DNA of 64,000 nucleotides from the human T2T-CHM13v2.0 reference genome, Homo sapiens. The notes below the pieces were generated by a model. That model was not told where the DNA came from. It was given only the letters and a program-made list of their open reading frames with translations, and searched no databases. Below are positions 35,021-50,000 of the stretch, piece after piece (position 1 is the stretch's first letter; each line of letters starts with the position of its first letter). A program made the position numbers and the translations under genes. The stretch lies in NCBI RefSeq assembly GCF_009914755.1, contig NC_060935.1; one strand, written 5' to 3'.

Positions 35021-38000
35021 AGAAACTTCTTTGTGATGTGTGCATTCAACTCACAGAGTTGAACATTCCTTTTGGTAGAGCAGTTTAGAAACACTCTTTT
35101 TGTAGAATCTGCATGTGGATATTTGGACAGCTTTGAGGCCTTCTTTGGAAACGGGAATAACTTCACATAAAAATGAGACAAAAGCATTCTCAGAAACTAC
35201 TTTGGATGTGTGCATTCAACTCACAGAGTTGAACGTTTCTTTTGATACAGATGTTTTGAAACACTCTTTTTGTAGAGTCTGCAAGTGGATATTTGGGAAG
35301 ATTTGAGGCACTCGGGGGAAATGGGTGTAACTTCACATAAAAACTAGACAGAAGCATTCTTAGAAACTTCTTTGTGACGTGTGCACTCAACTCACAGAGG
35401 TGAATCTTTCTTTTGATAGAGCAGTTTTGAAACACTCTTTTTGTAGAATCTGCAAGGGGACATTTGCAGCGATGTGCAGCCTATTGTGGAAAAGGAAATA
35501 TTTTCACATAAAAACTGGACAGAAATATTCTTAGAAACTTCTTTGTTACGTGAGCATTCAGCTCACAGAGTTGAAACATTCTTTTGATTGAGCAGTTTTA
35601 CAACACTCTTTTTGTAGAATCTTCAAGTGGACATTTGGAGCGCTTTCAGGCCTATGCTGAAAAAGGAAATATCTTCACATAAAAAAAAGAAGCATTCTCA
35701 GAAACTTCTTTGTGATGCCTGCTTTCATTTCACAGAGTTGAACATTCCTTTCCATATAGCAGTTTTGAAACACTCTTTTTGTAGAATTTGCAAGCAGATA
35801 TTTGGACCGCTTTGAGGCCTTCATTTGAAGTGGGATATCTTCACATAAAAACTAGACAGAAGTATTCTCAGAGACATCTTTGTGATGTGTGCATTCAACT
35901 CACATTGTTGAACATTCCTTGGGATAGAGCAGTTTCGAAAAACTCTTTCTGTAGAATCTGCAAGGGGATATTAGTACTGCTTTGATGCCCTAGGTGGAAA
36001 CGGGAATATCTTCACATAAAAACGAGACAGAAGCATTCTCAGAAAGTTCTTTGTGATTTGTGCACTCAACTCAAAGAGTTGAACCGTTCTTTTGATAGAG
36101 GAGTTTTGAAACACTCTTTTTGTAGGAGCTGCAAGTGGACATTTGGAGCGCTTTGAGGCCTACGGTGAAAAAGGAAATATCTTCACATAAAAACTGACAG
36201 AAGCATTCCCAAAAACTTCTTTGTGATGTGTGCATTCAACTCACACTGTTGAACCTTTCTTTTGATAAAACAGTTTTGTAACACTCTTTTTGTAGAATCT
36301 GCAAGTGGACATTTGGAGTGCTTTGAGGCCTGTGGTGAAAAAGGAAATATCTTCACATTAAAACTAGACAGATGCATTCTGAGAAACTTCTTTGTGATGC
36401 AGGCTTTCAACTCACAGAATTGAACATTCCTTTTCATAGAGCAGTATTGAAACACGATTTTTGTAGAATTTGCAAGTTGATATTTGGCCCGTTTTGAGAC
36501 CTTTGTTGAAAATGGGATATCTTTACATAAAAACTAGACAGAAGCATTCTTGGAAACTTCTTAGTGATGGGTGCATTCAACTCACAGAGTTGAACATTCC
36601 CTTTGATAGAACAGTTTCAAAACACTCTTTTTGTAGAATCTGCAAGTGGATATTTCAACTGCTTTCAGTAATTCCTTGGAAATGGTAATATCTTCACATA
36701 AACACTAGACAGAAGCATTCTCAGAAACTTGTCTGTGATGTGTGCAATCAACTCACAGTGTTAAACCTTTCGTTTTGAAGCACTCTTTTTGTAGAATCTG
36801 CAAGTGGACATTTGGAATGCTTTGAGGCCTATGGTGAAAAAGGAAATATCTTCACATAAAAACTAGACAGAAGCATTCTCAGAAACTTCTTTATGATGTT
36901 TGCTTTCAGTTCACAGAGTTGAACATTCCTTTCCATATAGCAGTTATGAAACACTCTTTTTGTAGAATTTGCAAGCGGATATTTGGACTGCTTTGAAGCT
37001 TTCATTGAAAAGGGGATATCTTCACATAAAAAATAGACAGAAGCATTCTCAGAAACTTAATTGTGCTGTGTGCATTCAACTGACTATGTTGCACATTCCT
37101 TATGATAGAGTAGTTTCGAAATACTCTTTCTGTAGTATCTGCATGTGGATATTTGGACCACTTTGAGGCCCTCGGTGGAAACGAGAATATATTCATATAA
37201 AAACGAGACAGATGCATTCTCAGAAAGTTCTTTGTGATTTGCGCATGCAACTCACAGAGTTGAACCTTTCTTTTGATAGAGCAGTTTTGAAAAACTCTTT
37301 TTGTAGGATCAGCAAGTGGATATTTGGAGTGCTTTGAGACCTATTGTGAAAAAGGAAATATCTTCACATAAAAACTAGACAGAAGCATTCTCAGAAACTT
37401 CGTTGTGATGTGTGCATTCAACTCACAGAATTGAACCTTTCTTTTGATAGAGTATTATTGAAACACTCTTTTTGTAGAATTTGCAAGTGGATATTTGGAC
37501 CTCTTTGAGACCTTCGTTGGAAACGGGATATCTTCACATAAAAACTATACAGAAGAATTCTCAGAAACTTCTTTGTGATGTGTGCATACCACTCGCAGAT
37601 TTGCACATTCCTTTTGATAGAGCAGTATGGAAACACTCTTTTTTTTAGAATCTGCAAGAACATATTTGGACTGCTTTGAGGCCTTACTTGGAAGCGGGAA
37701 TATCTACACATAAAAACTATACAGAAGCATTCTCAGAAACGTCTTGGTGATGTGTGCATTCAACTCACAGAGTTAAAGCTTTCTTTTGCTAGAGCAGTTT
37801 TGAAATACTCTTTTTGTAGAATCTGCAAGTGGATATTTGCAGCACTTTGGGGCCTAGAGTGGAAAAGGAAATATTTTAACATAAAAACAATACAGAAGCA
37901 TTCTCAGAAACTTCTTTGTGTTGTGTGCACTCAACTCACAGAGTTGAACCTTTCTTTTGATACAGCATTTTTAAAACACTGTTTCTGTAGAATCTGCAGG

Positions 38001-41000
38001 TGGTCATTTGGAGCACTTTGAGGCCTATGCTGAGAAAGGAAATATCTTCACATAAAAACTAGATAGAAGCATTCTCAGAGAACTCTTTGTGATGTTTGCT
38101 TTCAACTCACAGAATTGAACATTCCTTTTCATAGATCAGTTTTGAAACACTCTTTTTGTAGAATATGCAAGTGGATATTTGGACTGCTTTGAGGCCTTCT
38201 TTGGAAACGGGATATCTTCGCATAAAAACTAGACAAAAGCATTCCTAGAAACTTCTTTGTGATGTGTGCATTTAACTCACAGAGTTGAACATTTTTTTTG
38301 ATAGAGCAAACTCGAAACACACTTTTTGTAGAATCTGAAAGTGGACATTTGCAGCGTTTGAGGCCTGTTGTGAAAAATGAAATATCTACACATAAAAAAT
38401 AGACAGAACCATTTTCAGAAACTTCTCTGTGATGTTTGCTTTCAACTCACAGAGTTGAACATTCCTTTTCATAGAGCAGTTTTTAAACACTCTTTTTGTA
38501 GAATTTGCAAGTGGATATATTAAGTGCTTTCAAGCCTTCATTGGAAACGGGATATCTTCAGATAAAAACTAGACAGAAGCATTCTCAGAAACTTCTTTGT
38601 GATGTATGCATTCAAATCACAGAGGTCAACATTCCTTTTGATAGAGCAGATTCGGAACACTCTTTTTGTAGAATCTGCAAGTGGATATTTGGACCACTTC
38701 AACACCTTCGTTGAAAACGGGAATATCTTCAAATAAAAACTAGACAGAAGCATTCTTAGAAACTTCTTTGTGATGCGTGCATTCAACTCACAGGGTTGAA
38801 CCTTTCTTTTGATAGTGCACTTTTGAAACACTCTTTTTGTAGAATCTGCAAGAGGACATTTCTATCGATTTGAGGCCTATTGTGAAAAAGGAAATAACTT
38901 CACATAAAAACTAGACAGAACCATTCTCAGAAATTTTGTGATGTGTGCATTCACCTCACAGAGTTGAACATTCCTTTTGAGAGTGCAGTTTCGAAACACT
39001 CTTTTTGCAGATCTGCAAGTGGATATTTGGACTGCTTTGAGGCTTTCGGTGGAAACGGGAATATCTTCACATAAAAACTAGACAGGAGCATACTCAGAAA
39101 CTACTTTGTGATGTTTTCTTTCAACTCACAGAGTTGAACGTTCCTTTTCATGGAGCAGTTTTGTAATCCTCTTTTTGCAGAATCTGCAAGTAGACATTTG
39201 GAGTGCTTTGAGGCCTATGGTGAAAAAGGAAATATCCTCACATAAATAGTAGACAGAAGCATTCTCAGAAAATTCTTTGTGATGTTTGCTTTCAACTCAC
39301 AGAGCTGAATCTTCCTTTTGATAGAGCAGGTTTGAAACACTTTTCGAAGAATTTACAAGTGGATATTTGGACAACTTTGAGGCCTTCGTTGGGAAAGAAA
39401 ATAACTTCACATAAAAACTCAACAGAAGCATTCTGAGAAACTTCTTTGTGATGTGTGCATCCGACTCACATAGGTGAAAGTTTCTTTTGATAGAGCAGGT
39501 TTGTAACAGTCTTTTTGCAGAATCTGCAAGTGGACATTTGGAGCCCTTTGATGCCTATGGTGAAAAGGGAAATATCTTCTAATAAAAACTAGACAGAAGC
39601 ATTCTCAGAAACTTCTTTGTTATGTATGCATTCAACTCACAGAGTTGAACATTTCTTTAGATAGAGGAGTTTTGAAACACCCTTTTGTAGAATCTGCAAG
39701 TGGATATTGGGACTTCTTTGTGGAATTCGTTGGAAATGGGTGTACCTTAACATCAAAACTAGAAAGAAGCATTCTCAGAAATTTCTTTGTGATCTGTGCA
39801 TTCAAATCAAAGAGTTGAACATTTCTTTTGGTAGATCAATTTTGAAACACTATTTTGTAGAATCTGCAAGTGGACATTTGGAGCGCTTTGAGGCCAATGG
39901 TGAAATACGAAATGTCTTCACACAAAAACTAGACAGAAGCATTCTCAGAAACATTTTTGTGATATGTGCATTCAAGTCACAGAGTTGAACACTCCTTTTG
40001 ATAGAGCAATTTTGAAACTCTCGTTTTGTAGAATCTGCAAGTGAACATTTGGAGAACTTTGCAGCCTATGGTGAAAAAGGAAATATCTTTTCATAAAAAC
40101 TAGACAGAAGAATTTCAGAAACTTCTTTGTGATGGCTACATTCAACTCACAGAGTTGAACATTCCTTTAGATAGAGCAGTTTTGAAACACCCTTTTGTGG
40201 AATCTGCAAGTGGATATTTACACCGCTTTGTGGAATTAGTTGGAAACGGGTATATCTAAACATCAAAACTAGATAGAAGCATTATTAGAAATTTCTTTGT
40301 GATCTGTGCATTCAACACACAGAGTTGAAACTTTCTTTTGGTAGAGCAGTTTTGAAACACTCTTTTTGTAGAATCTGCATGTGGATATTTGGAGTGCTTT
40401 GTTGAATTCGTTGGAAACGGCTACATCCTAACATCAAAAGTAGACAGAAGCATTCTCAGAAACTTCTTTGTTATCTATGCATTCAACTCACAGAGCTGAA
40501 CATTCCTTTTGACAGAGAACTGTTGAAACACTCTTTTTTTAGAATCTGAAGTGGACATATTGAGCACTTTGAGGCCTATGGTGAAAAAGGAAATACCTCC
40601 AAATAAAAATTAGACAGAAGCATTCTCAGAAACTTCTTTGTGATGTGTGCATCCAACTCACAGTGTTGAAACTTTCTTTTGATAGAGCAGTTTTGAAACA
40701 CTATTTTTGTAGAATCTGCAAGTGGATATTTGGAAACCTTTGAGGCCAATGATGAAAAAGGAAATATCTTCTCATAAAAACTAGACAGAAGCATTCTGCG
40801 AAACTTCTTTGTGATGTGTGCATTCAACTCACAAAGTTGAACATTCCTTTAGATAGAGCAGTTTTGAAACACTCTTTTTGTAGGTTCTGCCCGTGGATAT
40901 TTGGACTGCTTTGTGGAATTCTTTGGAAATGGGTATATCCTCATAAAAACTAAACAGAAGCATTCTCAGAAACCTCTTTGTGATGAGTGAATTCAACACA

Positions 41001-44000
41001 CAGAGTTGAAGATTGCTTTTTATAGAGCAGTTTTGAAACACTCTTTTTGTAGAATCTGCAATTTGACGTATGGAGCGCTTTGAGGCATATGGCGAAAAAG
41101 CAAATATCGACATATAAACACTAGATAAAAGCATTCTCAGAAACTTCTTTGTGTTGTGTACATTCAACTCACAGAGTTGAACATTCCTGTTGATTAAGCA
41201 GATTTGAAACACTCTTTTTGTAGAATCTGCACTTGGATATTTGGAACGCTTTGTGGAATTCATTGGAAACGGTTATATCTTCACAGAAAAACTAGACAGA
41301 AGGATTCTCAGAAACTTCTCTGTGATGAGTGCATTCGACTTACAGAGTTGAACATTCCTTTTGATAGAGCAGGTTTGAAACACTCTTTTTGTAGGATCTG
41401 CAAGTGGACATTTAGAGGGCTTTGAGGCCTAAGGTGAAAAAGGAAATATCTTCTAATAAAAACTAGACAGAAGCATTCTCAGAAACTTCTTTGTTATGTG
41501 TGCATTCAACTCACAGAGTTGAACATTCCTTTATATAGAGCAGTTTTGAAATACTTCTTTGAAGAATCTGCAAGTGGATATTTGGACCACTTTGTGGAAA
41601 TCGTTGGAAACGGGTATATTTTAACATCAAAACTAGACAGAAGCATTCTCAGAAATTTCTTTGTGACTTGTGCTTTCAACTAGTAGAGTTGAACCTTTCT
41701 TTTGGTAGAGCAGTTTTGAAACACTATTTTTGCAGAAACTGCAAGTGGACATTTGGTGCGCTTTGAGGCCTATGGTGAAAAAGGAAATATCTTCACATAA
41801 AAACCAGACAGAAACATTCTCAGACACATCTTTGTGATGTGTGCATTGAACTAATAGAGTTGAACCTTTCTTTTGATAGAGCAGTTTTGTAACACGCTTG
41901 TTGTGATATCTGCAAGTGGACATTTGGAGCGCTTTGAGGCCTATGGAGAAAAAGGAAATAACTTCACATAAAAAGGAGACAGAAGCATTCTCTGAGACTT
42001 CTTTGTGATGTGTGCTTTCAAATCACAGAGTCGAACATTCCTTTTGATAGAGCAGTTTTGAGACACTCTTTTTGCAGAATCTGCACATGGATATTTGGAC
42101 CGCTTTGTGGAATTAATTGGAAACGTGTATATCCTCATATAAAAACTAGACAGAAGCATTCTCAGAAACTTCTTTGAGATGTGTGCATTCAACTCACACA
42201 GATGAACATTCCTTTGATACAGCAGTTTTGAAACACTCTTTTGTAGATTCTGCAACTGCATATTTGCAGTGATTTGAGGCCTATTGGGAAAAAGGAAATA
42301 TCTTCACATAAAAACTGCACAGAAGCATTCTCAGAAACTTCATTGTGATGTGTGCATTCAACTCACAGATTTGAAATATTCTTTTGATAGAGCAGTTTTG
42401 TAACACTGTTGTTATAGAATCTGCAAGTGGACATTTGGAGGGCCTTGAGGCCTATGGTGAAAAAGGAAATATCTTCTCATAAAAAAATAGACAGAAGCCT
42501 TCTCAGAAACTTCTTAGTGATGTGTGCATTCAACTCACAGGCTTCAACATTCTTTTTGATAGTGCAGTTTTGAAACACTCTTTTTGTAGAATCTGCAAGT
42601 GGACATTTGGAGCACATTGAGGCCTATGGAGAAAAAGGAAATATCTTTACATAGATAGTGGATAATTGGAGCGATTTGTGTAATTCATTGGAAACGGGAA
42701 TATCCTAACATAAAAACTAGACAGAAGCATGCTCAGAAACTTCTTTGGATTGTGCATTCAATTCACAGAGTTTAACATTCCTTTTGATAGAGGAGTTTTG
42801 AAACACTCTTTTTGTAGAATCTGCAAGTGGACATTTGGAGCGCCTAGAGGCCTATGGTGAAAAAGGAAATATCTTCTCATAAAAACTAGACAGAATCTTT
42901 CTCACAAACTTTGTAGTGATGTGTGCATTCAACTCACAGGCTTGAACATTCCTTTTGGTGGAGCAGTAATGAAACACTCTTTTTGTAGAATCTGCAAGAG
43001 GACATTTATAGCGCTTTGAGGCTTATGGTGAAAAAGGAAATATCTTCTCATAAAAACTAGACCGAGGCATTCACAGAAACTTCTTTGTGAAGTGTGCACT
43101 CAACTCACAGAGTTGAACGTTCCTTTCAATAGAGCAGTTTTAAACACGTTTTTGTAGAAACTGCAGGTGGATATTTTGACTGCTTTGTGGAAGTCGTTGG
43201 AAACAGATATATATTAACATCAAAACTACACGGAGGCATTCTCAGAAATTTCTTTGTGATCTGTGCATTCAGCTCACAGATTTGAACCTTTCTTTTTGTT
43301 GAGCAGTTTTGAAACACTATTTTTGTAGAATCTGCAAGCAGTCATTTGGAAAGCTTTGATGCCTATGGTGAAAAAGGAAATATCTTCACATAAAAACTAG
43401 ACAGAAGCATACTCAGAAACTTCGTTGTGATGTGTGCATTCAACTCACAGAGTTGAACACTCCTTTTGATAGAGCAGTTTTGAAACACTCTTTTTGTAGA
43501 ATCTGCACGTGGATATTTTGACCACTTGGTGGAATTCATTGGAAATGGGTATTTCCTCACATAAAAACTCTGCAGAAAAATTCTCAGCAACTTCTTTGTG
43601 ATGTGTACATTCAACTCACACACGTGAACATTTCTTTTGATACAGCAGTTTTCAAACACTCTTTTTGTCGAATCTGCAAGTGGATATTTGGAGCGATTTG
43701 AGGACTCTTGTGAAAAAGGAAATACCTTCACATAAAAACTACACAGAAGCATTCTCAGAAACTTCATTGTGATGTGTGCATTCAACGCACAGAGTTGAAA
43801 CTTTCTTTGGATAGAGCAGTTTTGAAACACTCTTTTTGTAGAATCTGCAAGTGGATATTGGTACCAATTTTGGAATTCGTTGGAAACGGGTATATCTTAA
43901 CATAAAAACTATACAGAAGCATTCTCATAAACTTTTTTGTGATCTGTGCATTCAACTCACAGAGTTGAACATTCCTTTTGATAGAGCACTTTTGAAACAC

Positions 44001-47000
44001 TCTATTTGAAGGATCTGCAAGTGGACATTTGGGGCGCTTTGCGGCCGATGGTGAAAATGGAAATATCTTCACATAAAAACTAGACAGAAGCATTCTCAGA
44101 AACTTCTTAGTGGTGTGTGCATTCAACTCACAGAGTTGAACATTCGTTTTGATAGACCAGTTTTGAAACACTCTTTTTGTAGAATCTGCATGTGGATACT
44201 TGGACCACTTTGAGTCCTTTGTTTGAAATAGGAATATCTTCATCTAAAAACAAGACAGAAGCATTTTCAGAAACTTCTTTGTGATGTGTGCATTCAACTG
44301 ACAGAGTTGAATATTTCTTTTGATAGAGCAGTTTTGAATCACTCTATTTGTAGAATCTGCAAGTGGACATTGGGAGCGCTTTCAGGCCTATGCTGAAAAA
44401 GGAAATAACGTAACATAAAAACTAGACAGAAGCATTCTCAGAAACTTCTTTGTGATGAGTGCATTCAACACACCGAGTTGAACATCCATTTTGATAGAGA
44501 AGTACTGAAACACTCTTTTTGTAGAATGTGCAAGCGAATATTTCGATCGCTTTGAGGGCTTTGTTGGTAACAGGAATATCATCATATAAAAACTACACAA
44601 AAGCCTTCTCAGAAACTACTTTGTGACGCGTGCATTCAACTCACAGAGTTCAAACTTTCTTTTGATAGAGCAGTATTGAAACACACTTTTTGTATAATCT
44701 GCAAGTGGATATTTGGAGCGCTCTGTGGCCTATATTGAAAAAGGAAATATCTTCACATAAAAACTAGACAGAAGCATTCTCAGAAACTTCTTTTTGATGT
44801 TTGCATTCAACTCACAGAGCTGAACATTCCTTTTGATAGAGCAGGTATGAAACTCACTTTTTGCAGAATCTGCAAGTGGATATTTGGACGGCGATTAGGA
44901 ATTCGTTGAAAACGGGTATATCTTCGCATACAAACTAGACAGATGCATTCTCAGAAACTTCTTTGTGATGTGTGCATTCAACTCACAGAGTTGAAAATTC
45001 CTCTTGATAGAGCAGTTTTGAAACACACTTTTTGTAGGATCTGCATGTGGATATTTGGACCGCTTTGAGGCCCTCATTGGAAAAATGGAATATCTTTATA
45101 TAAAAACAACAGAAAAGCATTCTCAGAAACAGCTTTGTGATATGTGCATTCAACTCACAGAGTTGAACCTTTCTTTTGATAGAGTAGATTTGAAACACCG
45201 TTTTATATGGATGTGCAAGTGGACATTTGGAGCGCTTTGAGGGCTATGGTGAAAAAGGAAATATCTTTATATGAAAACTAAACAGTAGTATTCTCAGAAA
45301 CTTCTTTGTGATGTGTGGATTCAACTCACAGAGCTGAACATTCCTTTTGTTAGAGCAGTTTTGAAGAACTCTTTTCATAGAATCTGCAAGTGGATATTTG
45401 GGCCGCTTTGTGTAATCCATAGGAAACGGGAATATCTTCACATAAAAACTAGACAGAAGCATTCTCAGAAAATTCTTTGTGATGTGTGTATTCAACTCAA
45501 AGAGTGGAAGTTTCCCTTTAATAGAGCAGTTTGAAACACTCTTTTTGTAGAATCTGCAAGTGGATATTTGGATTGCTTTGAGGACTTCTTTGGACACTGG
45601 GATATCTTCACAGAAAAACAAGAAAAAAACATTCTCAGAAACTTCTTTGTGATGTGTGCATTCAACTCACAGATTTGAAACTTTCTTTTGATAAAGCAGT
45701 TTTGAAACACTCTTTTTTTGTAGAATCCTCAATTAGACATTTGGAGCGCCTTGATACCTATGGTGAAAAAGGAAATATCTTTACATAAAAACTTGACGGA
45801 AGCATTCTCAGAGACTTCTTCGTGATGTGTGTATTCAACTCACCATATTGAACATTCCTTTTGATGGAGCAGTTTTGAAACACTCTTTTTGTAGAATCTG
45901 TACGTGGATATTTGGACCGCTTTGTGGAATTCATTGAAAACGGGTATTTCCTCACATAAAAACTAGACAGAAGCATTCTCAGAAACTTCTTTGTGATGTG
46001 TGCATTCAACTCAAACACATGAACATTCCTTTTGATACAGCAGTTTTGAAACACTCTTTTTATAGTATCTGCAAGTGGATATTTGGAGCAATTTGAGGAC
46101 TCTTGTGAAAAAGGAAATATCTTCACATAAAAACTACACAGAATCATTCTCAGAAACTTCATTGTGCTGTGTGCATTCAACGCACAGAGTTGAAACTTTC
46201 TTTGGATAGAGCAGTTTTGAAATACTCTTTTTGTGGGATCTGCAAGTGGATATTTGTACCGCTTTTGGAATTCGTTGGAAACGAGTATATCTTAACATAA
46301 AAACTAGACAGAAGCATTCTCAGAAACTTCTTTGTGATGTGTGCATTCAACTCAAACACATGAACATTCCTTTTGATACAGCAGTTTTGAAACACTCTTT
46401 TTATAGTATCTGCAAGTGGATATTTGGAGCAATTTGAGGACTCTTGTGAAAAAGGAAATATCTTCACATAAAAACTACACAGAATCATTCTCAGAAACTT
46501 CATTGTGATGTGTGCATTCAACGCACAGAGTTGAAACTTTCTTTGGATAGAGCAGTTTTGAAATACTCTTTTTGTAGGATCTGCAAGTGGATATTTGTAC
46601 CGCTTTTGGAATTCGTTGGAAACGGGTATATCTTAACATAAAAACTAGATAGAAGCATTCTCAGAAACTTCTTTGTGATGTGTGCATTCAACTCACAGAG
46701 TTGAACATTCTTTTTGATAGAGCAGTTTTGAAACACTCTATTTGAGGGATCTGTAAGTGAACATTTGGGGCGCTTTGAGGCCTATGGTGAAAAAGGAAAT
46801 ATCTTCACATAAAAACCAGATAGAAGCATTCTCAGAAACTTCTTTGTGATGTGTGCATTCAACACACAGAATTGAACCTGCCTTTTGATAGAGCAGTCTT
46901 GAAACTCTCTTTTTGTAGAATCTGCAAGTGGATATTTGGAGCACTTTGAGGCATTTGGTGAAAAAGGAAATATCTTCACATAAAAACTAGACAGAAGCAT

Positions 47001-50000
47001 TCTCACAAACTTCTTTGTGATGTGTGCATTCAACTCACAGAGTTGAACACTCCTTTTGATAGAGCAGTTTTGAAACACTCTTTTTGTAGAATCTGCAAGT
47101 GGATATTTGGATTGCTTTGAGGACTTCGTTGGACACGGGAATATCTTCACAGAAAAACAAGAAAAAAACATTCTCAGAAACTACTTTGTGTTGTGTGCAT
47201 TCAACTCACTGAGTTGAAACTTTCTTTTGATAAAGCAGTTTTGAAACACTCTTTTTGTAGTATCTGCAAGTGAACATTAGGAATGCCCTGAGACCTGTGG
47301 TGAAAAAGGAAATATTTCACTTAAAAACTAGGCAGAAGCGTTCTCAGAAACTTCTTTGTGATGTGTTCATTCAACACACAGGGTTGAACATTCCTTCTGA
47401 CAGAGCAGTTTTCAAACACTCTTTTTGTAGAATCTGCAAGTGTACATTTGGAGCGCTTTGATGCCAATGGTAAAAAAGGAAATACCTTCTCAGAAAACCA
47501 GACAAAAGCATTTTCAGAAACCTCTTTGTGATATGTGCATTCAACTCACAGAGTTGAACATTTCTTTTGATAGAGCAGTTTTGAAACACCCTTTTGTAGA
47601 ATCTGCATGTGGATATTTGGACCGCTTTGTGGAATTCACTGGAAACGTGTATATCCTCATATAAAAACTAGACAGAAGCATCTCAGAAACTTCTTTGTGA
47701 TGTGTGCATTCAACTCACAGAGTTGAATATTAATTTAGATAGAGCAGTTTTGAAACATCCTTTTGAAGAATCTGCAAGTGGATATTGTGACCGCTGTTTG
47801 GAATCAGTTGGAATCGGGTATACCTTAACATCAAAACTAGACAGAAACATTCTCAGAAACTTTTTTGTGATGTTTGCATTCAACTCACAGAATTGAACAC
47901 TCCTTTTGATAGAGCAGCTTTGAAACCCTCTTTTTGTAGCATTTGCATGTGAATATTTGGAGCACTTTGAGGACTAAGGTTAAAAAGCAAATATCTTCTC
48001 ATAAAAACTAGACAGAAGCATTCTCAGAAACTTTTTTGTGAAGTGTGTAGTCGACTCACAGAGTTGAACATTCCTTTTGATAGAGCAGTTTTGAAACACT
48101 CTTTCTGTAGAATCTGCAAGTGGATATTTGGACGCTTTGTGTAATTCGTTGGAAACGGGAATATCTTAACATGAAAAGTAGATAGAAGCATTCTCAGAAA
48201 CTTCTTTGTGATGTTTGCATTCAACTTTCAGAGTTGAACATTCCTTTAGATAGAGCAGTTTTGAAACACCCTTTTGTAGAATCTGCAAATGGATATTTTG
48301 ACCACTTCGAATACTTTGTTGGAAACGGAAATATCTTCAGATAAAAAGTAGACAGAAATATTTTCAGAAACTTCTTTGTGATGTGTGTATTCAACTCACA
48401 GAGTTGAACTCTCTTTTTGATAGAGCAGTTTTGAAACACTCTTTTTGTAGAATCTGCACTTGGATATTTGGACCGCTTTGTGGAATTCATTGGAAAAGGG
48501 TATATACTCACATAAAAACCAGAGAGAAGCATTCTCAGAAACTTCCTTGTGATGTGTGCTTTCAACTCACACAGAAGATCATTCCTTTTGATACAGCAGT
48601 TTTGAAACACTCTTTTTGTAGAATCTGCAAGTGGACATTTGGAGCGTTTTGAGGCCTATGGTGAAAAAGGAAATATCTTCTCATAAAAACTAGACTGAAA
48701 TTTTCTCAGAAACTTCTTTATGATGTGTTTATTCAACTCACAGGGTTGAACATTTCTTTTGATAGAGCAGTTTTGAAACACTCTTTTGTAGAATCTGCAG
48801 TTGGACCTTAGGAGCGCTTTGAGGCCTATGGAGAAAAAGGAAATATCTTCTCATAAAAACTAGACAGAAGCATTCTCAGAAACTTCTTTGTGATGTGTGC
48901 ATTCAGCTCACACAGAAGAACATTCCTTTTGATACAGCAGTTTTGAAACACTCTTTTTGTAGAATCTGCAAGTGGACATTTGGACAACTTTGTGTAATTT
49001 GTTGGAAACGGGAATGTCAACATAAAAAGTAGACAGAAGCATTCTCAGAAACTTCTCTGTGATGTGTGCATCCAACTCACAGAGTTGAACATTCCTTTTG
49101 ATAGAGCAGATTTGGAACACTCTTTTTGTAGAATCTGCAAGTGGACATTTGGAGCGCTTTGAGGCCTGTGGTGAAAAAGGAAATATCTTCTCATAAAAAC
49201 TAGACAGAAGCATTTTCAGAAACTTCTTGGTGATGTGTGCGTTCAACTCAGAGCTGAACCTTTCTTTTCATACAGCACTTTTGAAACACTTTTTGTAGAA
49301 TCTGCAAGTGGATATTTGGAGCACCTAATAGGCCTATGGTGAAAAAGGAAATATCTTTACATAAAAACTGGACAGAAGCATTCACAGAAACTTCTTTGTA
49401 ATGTGTGCATTCAACTCACAGAGTTGAACTTTTCTTTTGATAGAGCAGTTTTGAAACATTCCTTTGTAGAATCTGAAAATAGACATTTGGAGTGCTTTGA
49501 GTCCAATATTGAAAAACGAAATATCATCATGTAAAAACTAGAGAGAAGCATTCTCAGAAACTGCTTTGAAATGTGTGCATTTAATTCAGTAGAGTAGTTT
49601 TGAAACACTCTTTTTGTATTATCTGCTAGTGGATATTAGGAGCGCTTTCAGCAATTTGTTGGAAAAGGGTATACCTTCACATAAATACCAGACATGAAGC
49701 ATTCTCAGAAACTTCTTTGTGATGTGTGCATTCAACTCACAGAGTTGAAGATTTCTTTTGATAGAGCAGTTTTGAAACACTCTTTTTGTAGAATCCACAA
49801 GTGGACATTTGGAGCGCTTGGAGGCCTGTGGTGAAAAAGGAAATATCTTCACATAAAAACTAGACAGAAGCATTCTGAGAACCTTCTTTGTGATGTGTGC
49901 ATTCATCTCACAGAGTTGAACATTTCTTATGAGAGAGCAGTTTTGAAACACTCTTTTTGTGGAATCTTCAAGTGGATATTATGACTGCTTTGAGGACTTC

